Source of the DNA: Fibrobacterota bacterium
Lineage (GTDB): Bacteria; Fibrobacterota; Fibrobacteria; UBA11236
Assembly (NCBI GenBank): GCA_043753995.1
Contig: JAYUVP010000137.1
Location: forward strand, 1-12,752
Direction: 5' to 3'
Length of the DNA: 12,752 bases
Below are positions 7,201 to 12,752 of this stretch, one piece after another. The position numbers and the translations under genes were made by a program. Under the pieces are notes generated by a model. It did no database searches. It was given only the letters and a program-made list of their open reading frames with translations, and had not been told where the DNA came from. Numbering within the stretch: position 1 is the first letter of the stretch; each line of letters begins with the position of its first letter.

Positions 7201-8668
7201 GACCATCATTGCTGCCGACGCCACCTTCGGAAAGCAGGTAATAAGCGAAGTTTTGAACGCCGCTATTATAATGCACACCGCCATTGTCTCCGCTGCCTGT
7301 ATACCAGTTGGTTCCGAGATAGTAGGAGGGCTGCCCAAAGCGTTGGGGATTTCGCAAGTCACGCAAGGCATCCGCGCTGAGCCAGCAATCTTCTCCCATC
7401 AAGTAGTCCGCGCGGCCATCGGCGCTCGATGGATATTGAGGGCGGCCATCCGGCTGATCCCAGAATTCCACTGCGGCACCCATGATGTCGGAATAGCTCT
7501 CATTGAGCGCGCCACTTTCATAGGAATAGACGAGATTCGATGTGTATTGGGTGATGGCATGGCCATATTCATGGGCCGCGACATCCAAAACAGTCAAGGC
7601 ATTGGCGGCGACGCCGTCGCCATCACCGAAATAAAAGGCGCTTCCATCCCAATAAGCATTCACATAATTGGAGCCCTCGTGAGCATAGGCTGTCGCGAAG
7701 GCTCCGGCATTGTCGAAGCTATTGCGACCTAGCACCGTAGAGACATAGCGCTGGGTGGTCTCCATGTTTTTAGCCAGAGAAATGGCAGCACGATCGGTGA
7801 TTCCCCAATTGCCGGTAGTATTTTGCGACCAATCACTACGATCCTGGTCATAAACACCCCAGCGGTTCGTGGCATTGTGCAGAAAGTAAAGGGAAAGATT
7901 GTCGCGCCAACCTTGAATTTGCATCACGGCACCATCTTCACCGACGAGGCGGCTGCCGCTCACCGTTTGTGCCGCTCCACCCACGGGAGCACCATGAAGA
8001 ATGCGATTTTCGCGAAACAGCAATTCTCCGCTTTCCGCGTCGACATAGCCTCGCCATAGCGCGGGAACCGCGCCGGAATCCTTGATCAGAACTTCATAAG
8101 CCAGGGCATCATTGAAAATCACGAGCTTGGGATCTTGCTTGTCAATGGCGCCAGTCTTTACACCCAAGGCCTTACGCGCTTCTGAGCGCGCCTGATCGAC
8201 TTTCAACTTGGGCGATGAGGTCGAAGCCAAAGCCTGCGAGAGATGGCCACTGGTGGCATACACGGCATTCGCTGAATTAACATGCACGACCATGTCGCTG
8301 CCAATCACCGGAAAGCCCTGATGATATTGCATCAGGCGAATATGCTGATTGCCCTTGGTATCGACTTCGCTTGAAGTGATTCTGACTTCGCTTCCCTGTT
8401 TCTGCAATCGACTATTCAAGCGACGGAGGACTTGGGCGGTAGCATCTCCTCGCAAAGCCAGTTTATTGCCCAGCAATCTTTCGTTGGACTCCAGAAAATC
8501 CGCCTGCGATAGCGGTTTCATTTTCTTGAATCCTTGACGATAGGGATTGCTTTGGACAGGCTCGGACACCAGGGCTTTGCCATGATCCGGCCTAATGGCA
8601 TAGGCTGAGGCCATAGCGGCGAGAACGAGCGCGGCGGCTTTCGCCGTATTGCCAAAAATCTTTTTCAT
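1211..8668 (-). CDS. Giant secreted multidomain double protease: M4 (thermolysin-like) metallopeptidase plus S8 (subtilisin-like) serine peptidase, with ASH/choice-of-anchor-D Ig repeats and GATase-like, lamin-tail and NIDO-like domains (~2485 aa)
   Basis: The ORF track starts at TTG 8707. ATG 8668 is preferred because it begins a Sec signal peptide (MKKIFGNTAKAAALVLAAMASAYA). M4 evidence: FTP/PepSY-like propeptide (HIRLMQYHQGFPVIG, GYVDAESGELL), NAYWDG, HEYGH (7559-7573), GALNESYSD (NESYSD at 7487-7504), DNGGVHYNSG. S8 evidence: Asp in IDTGID (3677-3679), His in HGTHCAG (3509-3511), AAAGN, Ser in GTSMATPHV (3029-3031). Stop TAG at 1211-1213. Confidence 0.95.
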   Translation of the reverse strand: MKKIFGNTAKAAALVLAAMASAYAIRPDHGKALVSEPVQSNPYRQGFKKMKPLSQADFLESNERLLGNKLALRGDATAQVLRRLNSRLQKQGSEVRITSSEVDTKGNQHIRLMQYHQGFPVIGSDMVVHVNSANAVYATSGHLSQALASTSSPKLKVDQARSEARKALGVKTGAIDKQDPKLVIFNDALAYEVLIKDSGAVPALWRGYVDAESGELLFRENRILHGAPVGGAAQTVSGSRLVGEDGAVMQIQGWRDNLSLYFLHNATNRWGVYDQDRSDWSQNTTGNWGITDRAAISLAKNMETTQRYVSTVLGRNSFDNAGAFATAYAHEGSNYVNAYWDGSAFYFGDGDGVAANALTVLDVAAHEYGHAITQYTSNLVYSYESGALNESYSDIMGAAVEFWDQPDGRPQYPSSADGRADYLMGEDCWLSADALRDLRNPQRFGQPSYYLGTNWYTGSGDNGGVHYNSGVQNFAYYLLSEGGVGSNDGHPYNITGLGNQAAAAIALYANRYLLTSNSQYRDAREAWILAATTLGFNAQTVRDVWTACGVLEQVNNLAVSPNSLNFGNVGAGSTAILNISLSNSGANATTVTSFTFNNAAFSTSVTFPLTVAGGATVQVPIRFIPPNQGGHSGQVIIASNADDNPSLTVSFSGVGTAPAGILVAPTNISGSTVVGGTVTASLTVTNTGIADLVFTPRGVQNQGLARPQAGPLDILVLRAGDYFSAFEDGIRALPNVSSLAEFEGSTATPTLAQLQAYDAVIVESGTSWLSPIGVGDVLADYVDAGGGVILLGATFYTGGAWALQGRIITSAYAPIALTTYTTGTATSVSLANHPINQGVLPITSNLFTVSTAPQGTGLSLGAFNNGYLVGAYNPSRPIVSLNIYPYPGYFSNSVFRQLGNALDHVAGGTWLSVTGDGVPIRVAQGLTANVPVTLDATQISGGSYTGSVELSHNVPGIANPFVIPVSFAVDGFRRLSATPSALAFGNHWVGSTTPLSVTLTNGGDEITTITSIISSNSAFAIVGTAPTSISGGQSITLQVAFTPMTLGSQAGTLTVNSNAEDNATIAIAMSGIGTAAPGIALNPTSISSTVNAGGIDTENLEIRNTGGADLTFTLEGAGGGRILINEFCNNPDFIELWNRGADQNIAGWVLSWVDNAGSQVLSFTFPSGYVLRTGRRVVVREFTGTADDSTFYAGGNIGWVESSTVSVALVNAQGIGVDFVRTTGSTQNPPTGTAWSGTGVEFGLFSAYRSQNVDTDNLTGWATSSTPSEYQVNPGQTNSGTLPNWLTVAPGSGTIGPGLSQNIVLTLNSTGIFGGVYNTNLMVKSNDPLAPPAGSPLPIEFTVVGVRRLSATPSALEFGNVWTGTSVSRTLTFNNSGSEATIITSIASDHARFVASTTLPLTIPPFGSVTANVIFSPIQTTSATGTLVVTSNAADNPSITISLSGTGALPPLASITPSALTFNLAPTDAPADLTATLANSGGDILQYQIAGVDQTGSPLIRASVLTAPVTPDFAKIYNAANYSQEYAPGQVIVALKMGRQNFANQGVLTTLGTQDVQELAIAKTPRSGLRSHVGRKLLLVKMETALGYSLANAIAQLKADPNVEYAEPNYVRKLVAIPNDAAFGNLYGMHNVGQVSGLVDADIDAPEAWDRHTGNKSLVLGLIDTGIDYLHPDLAGNTWTNAAESTGTTGVDDDGNGYIDDIHGYDFINVDGNPMDDHYHGTHCAGTIGGVGNNGIGVAGVAWTANIAGLKIFNSAGSTTDAAILNAVDYSNAMDMRITSNSWGGGPFSQSLYDLIAEGRDMGHLFIAAAGNNGSNTDASANYPSSYDLDNIIAVAATDRNDLLASFSNYGALSVDLGAPGVETYSCAPGNAYQNLSGTSMATPHVSGAAYLVWTMNPMLTAVQVKGILLGSVDPIASLTGRTLTGGRLNVAAALADAGPSWLSAAPMAPGTVTPGGSQPLTITVNPAGLAAGAWTGVVRVATNDPGHAEIPITVTANIYGCRSLTVTPTSFDFGTVFVGGTGQTTLTLQNTCNDVTTVSSITSNHAAFTVVGTLPMTIPAFGEVTVVASFRPTSTGSANATLTLTSNADENAIQTVAFIGNGAIPPFATVNPPSVSRTLNPGQSTTVDLDIGNTGGTVLNWQITGVDAGFVPSAPYDATHFVPMEKGEIDNRIGHPVTQATGGPDAYGYRWTDSDQSGGPTFQWNDIRTTGTLMSSISSCDDCFQAQGLSFAFPFYGASFNSLYVSSNGYLTFGTGSSNLGNYPLPSTSMPTNLVSAFFDDLLPSATGDIYFQDFGDSAIIQFQTVAFYSGSGTVTFQMVLHSNGTIFMYYQNLTGNVLSSTTGIQNGTATIGLNVQYNTAYLKNNLAIRFNRRPDWLHASILSGTVQPGGTQSVALTLSAAEIPAGVYSQTMILNHNNPNQASVSIPVTLTVGASVGGISRILHVGPAALPVASGSRYSLWNITAGGEVRGLARGSRYTLYLK
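1364..7006 (-). repeat. Four diverged protein-level repeat units (ASH-like Ig domain plus an interrupted BACON-like Ig domain) within the protease
   Basis: Each unit begins with L(A/S/T)(V/A)(S/T)P..(L/F).FG, contains SNA.(D/E)N, then N(T/S)G...L.(F/Y/W), then an insert, then WL.... Units start near 7006, 5750, 4627 and 2660. Confidence 0.85.
2866..4093 (-). other. Internal S8 subtilase module (propeptide ~4093-3830, catalytic domain ~3817-2866) within the protease CDS
   Basis: Propeptide motifs YAPGQVIVALK and DPNVEYAEPNY, mature start PND, intact D/H/S triad, the DDDGNGYIDDIHGYDF loop and the terminal GGRLNV typical of this subtilase subgroup. Confidence 0.92.
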
Positions 8669-8714
8669 AGTCCGGCTTTCCCGTGATGGATGTTTCCTTG
8701 CCTCCAATACTCGA

Positions 8715-11114
8715 TCAATCCATCAACTTCCAGGCCTGATTCAGTCTGAACCAGGTCGTATTGTCCACAGTATTCACATAGGTGCTACCGATTTCCGCCG
8801 ACATACCCAAGGTATTCGGATTGCCCGCGCCTTGCAGAACCTGGGCCGAAGCCGCTACCGAAGGAATACCTCCCAAGGCATAAGCCGAAGCCGTGAGCGG
8901 TGTGCGAGGCGTTAAGGCGTCGGGGCTGCCGTCATCAATGGTGATTTCTACCCACATATGAGCATTATTGGTCACGACTTGCTGAAGATTCCCGGTCGTG
9001 GTGCCTTCGCCTAGTCGGGCGACAAAAAGGCCATTGGAAACGCGTATGGATTTGTTTGCCGAGGCGCGGAATTCCTCCGTGTAAAGGGTCGTTCCCGCAA
9101 CAGAATCGCTCATGAGCCGAATCACAGCGTCGACATTGACAGGATTGGGATAGCCCAGCGGATTGCCTGAGGCATCCATCAATTCGCCGCTGATAGCGAT
9201 TTTCCTGCTATTCGTTGTGATTGCCAAAACGGTCAATAGAGCATTGGCGCTGGTTGCATTCGACAGGGCATTGCTCACGACGACGCTGAATTGAGCACCA
9301 TTGTCACCCATCACAGTCGCAGCCGTGGTATAGGTCGACGATGTGGCACCAGGGATGGCCGCGCCATTTCGACGCCACTGATAGGTCAAAGCACTGCCCG
9401 TCGCTGTCACGGTAAAAGCAGCCGTTTGGCCCACATTGACGGTTCGATTGGCCGGCTGGGTGACTATGACCGCGGGTGACAATACGGTCAAATCACCGTT
9501 TTGGCTAGCAATGGAACCAAAAGGATTGGTCACGACCACACTGTACATGCCGCCATTGTCGGCCGCGGTCAGGGTTGGCGTCGTATAGGTGGTATTGGTA
9601 GCTCCAGGAATATTGGTGCCATTTCGGCGCCACTGATAGGTCAAGGTTGGGCTACCCGTTGCGGTGACAGAAAAGGTGGCGGTCTGACCAACAAGGGCCG
9701 TTTGATGTGCCGGAGGAATGATGATGTCCGGAGGTGTCTGAGTCACCGATAAGGTGGCATTATTGCTGGTGACGATTCCAAAACTATTGATCACCATAAC
9801 GCTGAATTGTGCTCCATGGTCGCCGAATACTGCGGGTGGCGTCGTATACGAAGGAGCCGTGGCGCCAGTGATGGAGAAACCATTCCGAAGCCACTGGTAA
9901 GTCAAAGTAGGCGAACCCGAGGCGACGACAAAAAAGGTGGCCGTCTGGCCGACATTGACGGTTTGGCTCACGGGCTGGGTGGTGATGGTTGGCGGCAAAT
10001 TGACCGACAAAATCGCATTGGCACTGGTGATATTGCCCGCAACATTGCTCACCACGACGCTGAATTGCACGCCATTATCCCCCGCCACGGCACCCGGAGT
10101 CGTATAAGATTGCGAAGTGGCCCCACCGATTGCGGATCCATTGCGACGCCACTGATAGGTCAATGGGGCCGTACCCGAAGCGCTGACGGAAAAAGTCGCC
10201 GCCTGGCCAACCGTAACGGTTTGATTCAACGGCTGGGAAGTGATAGTCGGAGGCACATTAACGGTCAATACGGCATTGTTACTGGTCACATTACCCGCCG
10301 AATTGCTTACCACGACACTGAATTGCGCGCCATTGTCCGCAGCCGAAGTCGCCGGCGTTGTATAAGAGGAAGATGTCGCACCGGATATATTCGAACCATT
10401 ACGGCGCCATTGATAGGTGGGAGTTGTCCCGGAGGCAACAACAAAAAATGTGGCGGTTTGGCCTTGGTTGACGGTGACATTGGCGGGCTGGGTCGTGATG
10501 GCCGGAGCCGTGGCAATCACCCAAGGTGTCAAACGGTTTGCAGGGATTGGCCTTTCCGCGTCGCCGGAAATGCCCGGGCCTTGCCAACCCACGGCCAAAT
10601 TATCTCCACCCGCACCCTCTTTTTGCAGAGCTTCGATGTAGTAGCGTTGGCCGGCGGTTAAAGCTATGGAGGCGCTAGCTTGTTGGCCGAATTTGGCCCA
10701 CTCCCTAGAGTTAGTCCAATCGGGAACCAAGGCAATACGCCGAATATTGGCAGGATTAGCGTCCGTGCTAAGCCAAAGCTCACAATTGTCATCACCCGCT
10801 ATCCAAAAGGTGTAATTGCCCGTCGTCGGCGGAGTGACATAAGCGCGGGCGCGCATGCCATAATTATCAGCCACATTGGTGGGCGATTCAAAAAGACCCG
10901 GCCAAGTTCGTGTTGAGGGATTATTCGGATAATTGCCATTGGAAGTCAGATTACTGACGGCAACTCCCCCGATACCATTCCAGGTTTCTAATAGAATGCC
11001 GGTGGTCGACTGCGCCGCTACCGAAAGCGCACTCGACAAAATCAGCGCAAACAGGGTGACTAAGGCGATTTTTTTTTGGGCAGGCCGCGAAGAAACGGAT
11101 TGGCAATCCATCAT
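8715..11114 (-). CDS. Secreted adhesin-like protein: PA14 domain, five Ig-like repeats and a C-terminal fibre-base-like domain (~800 aa)
   Basis: The ORF track starts at 11138. An AAGGA Shine-Dalgarno-like sequence precedes ATG ATG at 11114/11111, so one of these is preferred. Signal peptide KKIALVTLFALILSSALSVAA. PA14 motifs DNYGMRARAYVTPPTTGNYTFWIAGDDNCELWLS and LTAGQRYYIEALQKEGAGGDNLAVGW. Five P..I..(Q/P)P...TATF.V.A.G...TYQW.RNG repeats follow. Stop TGA at 8715-8717, 46 nt before the protease ATG. Confidence 0.9.
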   Translation of the reverse strand: MMDCQSVSSRPAQKKIALVTLFALILSSALSVAAQSTTGILLETWNGIGGVAVSNLTSNGNYPNNPSTRTWPGLFESPTNVADNYGMRARAYVTPPTTGNYTFWIAGDDNCELWLSTDANPANIRRIALVPDWTNSREWAKFGQQASASIALTAGQRYYIEALQKEGAGGDNLAVGWQGPGISGDAERPIPANRLTPWVIATAPAITTQPANVTVNQGQTATFFVVASGTTPTYQWRRNGSNISGATSSSYTTPATSAADNGAQFSVVVSNSAGNVTSNNAVLTVNVPPTITSQPLNQTVTVGQAATFSVSASGTAPLTYQWRRNGSAIGGATSQSYTTPGAVAGDNGVQFSVVVSNVAGNITSANAILSVNLPPTITTQPVSQTVNVGQTATFFVVASGSPTLTYQWLRNGFSITGATAPSYTTPPAVFGDHGAQFSVMVINSFGIVTSNNATLSVTQTPPDIIIPPAHQTALVGQTATFSVTATGSPTLTYQWRRNGTNIPGATNTTYTTPTLTAADNGGMYSVVVTNPFGSIASQNGDLTVLSPAVIVTQPANRTVNVGQTAAFTVTATGSALTYQWRRNGAAIPGATSSTYTTAATVMGDNGAQFSVVVSNALSNATSANALLTVLAITTNSRKIAISGELMDASGNPLGYPNPVNVDAVIRLMSDSVAGTTLYTEEFRASANKSIRVSNGLFVARLGEGTTTGNLQQVVTNNAHMWVEITIDDGSPDALTPRTPLTASAYALGGIPSVAASAQVLQGAGNPNTLGMSAEIGSTYVNTVDNTTWFRLNQAWKLMD
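9229..10507 (-). repeat. Five tandem Ig-like (I-set-like) coding repeats, ~255-261 bp period
   Basis: Visible at DNA level: cgacgccactgataggtcaa occurs exactly at 9370-9389 and 10144-10163 (774 bp apart, three periods), with variants near 9627, 9890 and 10403. Confidence 0.92.
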
Positions 11115-11180
11115 GGAGTCCTTGCTTTGCAGGCGCATGCGTAGAACACGTAGCGCTTTGATTTGAATGACGCGGGTGTA

Positions 11181-11209
11181 AGACTAACTACTTGAACGGT
11201 TGTTGACCA
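11181..11209 (-). promoter_or_regulatory. Possible sigma70-type promoter for the adhesin-protease operon
   Basis: Minus strand TGGTCA (11209-11204), 17-nt spacer, TAGTCT (11186-11181); 4/6 and 3/6 matches to consensus in an AT-richer intergenic region. Weak. Confidence 0.2.
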
Positions 11210-11380
11210 GAGACAATATCGAAATGAAATATCCCGGGTCCTACAAGAAATATTTCAAAAGGCGATGAACTTCACTCTCTGAAAAGGAAACTTCATGCAC
11301 TGAGCGGTTTATTTTTTCCCAAGATCACTCTTTTGGCCTGGGACAAGACACGATGTCAAAAATATCACACGGGAGATTTC

Positions 11381-11839
11381 TTATCCGCGTCTTTTCATGC
11401 TGCGAGCTAACCAGGTATCGATGGCCAAAAATCCAGGCCCCTGAATGAAAAGCCAAAACAAAAGCAGCAAATACAAGGTTTCAGAAAAACCAATCAGATC
11501 GGAAAAGCCGTGAAAGTCTTCACTTTTAGCAGTGAGTATTGCAACGGTCATGATGGTCATCAGCGGCAAGGTTGCCAAACGAGTGCAAAAACCGGCCAAT
11601 AAACAAAGGCCACCCACCCACTCCATGGCTGAAACCAAATAGGCTTGAAAAACTGGAAATGGCAGGGCCAAATCGGTAAAGTAGGCCGCCACTTTTTCCA
11701 AGTGATGCCATTTTCCCCAACCGGATTCGACAAAAACCCAGCCTAGGCAAATGCGCGCCGCCAAGGGCGGCAGCCAATGAAATGCTCGTGAAATCGCCAA
11801 TAGGCGCGAAGACCAAATCGCTAGAAAAGCAAGCAGCAT
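11381..11839 (-). CDS. DoxX family membrane protein (152 aa)
   Basis: LAARICLGWVFVESGWGKW..F..L.LPFP..A.LV...EWVGGLCLLAGFCTRLA..PL...M.VAI.. ending in GPGFLAID, the DoxX pattern with about four hydrophobic helices. GAGG lies just upstream of the ATG. Confidence 0.92.
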   Translation of the reverse strand: MLLAFLAIWSSRLLAISRAFHWLPPLAARICLGWVFVESGWGKWHHLEKVAAYFTDLALPFPVFQAYLVSAMEWVGGLCLLAGFCTRLATLPLMTIMTVAILTAKSEDFHGFSDLIGFSETLYLLLLFWLFIQGPGFLAIDTWLARSMKRRG

Positions 11840-11874
11840 AAGGCCCTCGAAGAAAGACGAATTAAAAAATCAAA

Positions 11875-12752
11875 CTAGACCAGGCTGGCAATAGGATCTT
11901 TGCGTTCCAAAACCGATGTCGCCGTGCCCGAGATTTTTTTGTTCAACTCTTCCTTCAGCACTTCGTAAAGGCCGTCGAAATTCACCGGCATTTTGCCTTC
12001 GGACAAAAGGCCTTCCTTCTGCAACTTGATCCACAGGCGTTGCAGATTCGGCGCATTCAAAGCCGCGAGACGGAGAATCTCATCATTCGAAAGCACTTTT
12101 TGCGGCTCTTCAATCATGAGCAAACGGCCTTCGCCCAAGACCGCGATGCGATCGGTCAATTCCAAAATATCTTCCATGCGGTGCGAGCTGACCATAATAG
12201 CCAAGCCACGCGACTTCAATTCTTTCAAAGTCAGCACGGTGTCTCGAATACCGACCGAGTCGAGATCGGATAGCGGTTCATCCAAGAGGAGCAAGGAAGG
12301 ATCGGTGACGAGGGAAAGCGCCAGGGCAATGCGACGACGCTCGCCGCAGCTCATTTCGTCGAGATACCATTCCTTGGCTTGCTTCATGCGCACGAGCTTC
12401 AAAACGAAATCGACTTTCTCCTTGATGAGACGGCCTTCGTAGCCATTGAGTCGGCAAGCGCGCGCCAATTCGTCTTCGACCGTGGGGCCGACGAGTTGCG
12501 ATTCAGGATTCTGCTCGACTAGAGTGACATATTCGCTCAGTTTACGATTCGAAAATTCCTCGATGGGGCGGCTGCCTAAAAGCAAGGTTCCCTCGCTTTT
12601 GTCCATATAGCCCGCAAGGATTTTCATCAGAGTGGTTTTACCTGCGCCATTGGCTCCGACCAAGCCGACGATTTCGCCGGAATAGAGATCATAGCTGATG
12701 CGATCCAGCGCATTATTGCCAGCGGGGTAGTTGTAAACCACATCTTGCAATG
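11875..12752 (-). CDS. ecfA: Energy-coupling-factor (EcfA/CbiO-type) ABC transporter ATPase, 5'-truncated by the window edge
   Basis: Walker A GANGAGKTT; ECF-typical Q-loop QNPESQLVGPTVEDEL; signature MSCGERRR; Walker B LLLLDEP; H-loop SSH; EcfA-like C-terminal extension. The TTG at 12750 is probably an internal Leu. Substrate cannot be assigned from this window. Confidence 0.88.
   Translation of the reverse strand, partial: LQDVVYNYPAGNNALDRISYDLYSGEIVGLVGANGAGKTTLMKILAGYMDKSEGTLLLGSRPIEEFSNRKLSEYVTLVEQNPESQLVGPTVEDELARACRLNGYEGRLIKEKVDFVLKLVRMKQAKEWYLDEMSCGERRRIALALSLVTDPSLLLLDEPLSDLDSVGIRDTVLTLKELKSRGLAIMVSSHRMEDILELTDRIAVLGEGRLLMIEEPQKVLSNDEILRLAALNAPNLQRLWIKLQKEGLLSEGKMPVNFDGLYEVLKEELNKKISGTATSVLERKDPIASLV

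Noticed and set aside
8669..8707. TTG start at 8707 for the protease, as given in the ORF track
   Set aside because: It adds 13 polar residues ahead of a typical signal peptide starting at ATG 8668; the shorter start is more plausible, though not proven.
9370..10420. Recurring ~20-bp sequence gcgccactgataggtcaa, superficially CRISPR-like
   Set aside because: The period is ~258 bp, the intervening sequences are homologous to each other and in frame, it encodes the TYQWRR strand of the Ig repeats, and no cas genes are present.
1487..11166. Numerous short or medium ORFs overlapping the two large genes, e.g. 2057-2656(+), 7169-7732(+), 9807-10661(+)
   Set aside because: They show no recognisable motifs and have the composition expected of shadow frames of real genes; the repetitiveness of 9807-10661 simply mirrors the Ig repeats.
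11354..11359. Perfect TTGACA on the minus strand downstream of doxX
   Set aside because: No acceptable -10 hexamer lies 16-18 nt downstream.
12335..12355. Non-canonical ABC signature MSCGE in the ECF ATPase
   Set aside because: Substitution within the LSGG(Q/E) signature is common in CbiO/EcfA proteins, and the Walker A, Walker B, Q-loop and H-loop are intact, so this is not evidence of inactivation.
11526..12442. ORFs 11526-11816(-), 11993-12442(+) and 12040-12273(+)
   Set aside because: They are alternate-frame or antisense shadows of the doxX and ECF ATPase genes.
11875..12752. Apparently higher CG/TCGA density in the ATPase gene, hinting at foreign origin or a chimeric join
   Set aside because: By hand I count about 10 TCGA in 878 bp versus about 6 in the 1051-bp polA segment. 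That difference is too small to call, and no junction signature is visible; it would need a tetranucleotide analysis and read mapping.

Overview
All five genes in this bacterial window lie on the minus strand. In transcription order they are: a 5'-truncated ECF/CbiO-type ABC ATPase (12752-11875), a DoxX-family membrane protein (11839-11381), a probable two-gene operon of secreted proteins, and the first 350 codons of polA (1051 to the window edge), which the ORF track missed because its stop is outside the window. The first operon gene (~800 aa) encodes signal peptide, PA14 lectin, five Ig repeats and a C-terminal module resembling the base domain of trimeric fibre proteins. The second (~2485 aa) encodes a double protease: a thermolysin-like M4 enzyme followed by four copies of an 'ASH/choice-of-anchor-D Ig + split Ig' scaffold. 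Each split Ig carries a different insert at the same loop: a GATase-like domain, a lamin-tail domain, a complete S8 subtilase with its own propeptide, and a NIDO-like domain. The protein ends in a tandem GSRY[S/T]L motif rather than a recognisable secretion or anchor domain. The best candidate for an undescribed system is this pair, whose two C-termini may dock with each other to form a lectin-targeted extracellular protease complex. That model is inference from remembered sequence patterns, not from a search. No RNA genes, CRISPR array or mobile element were seen.
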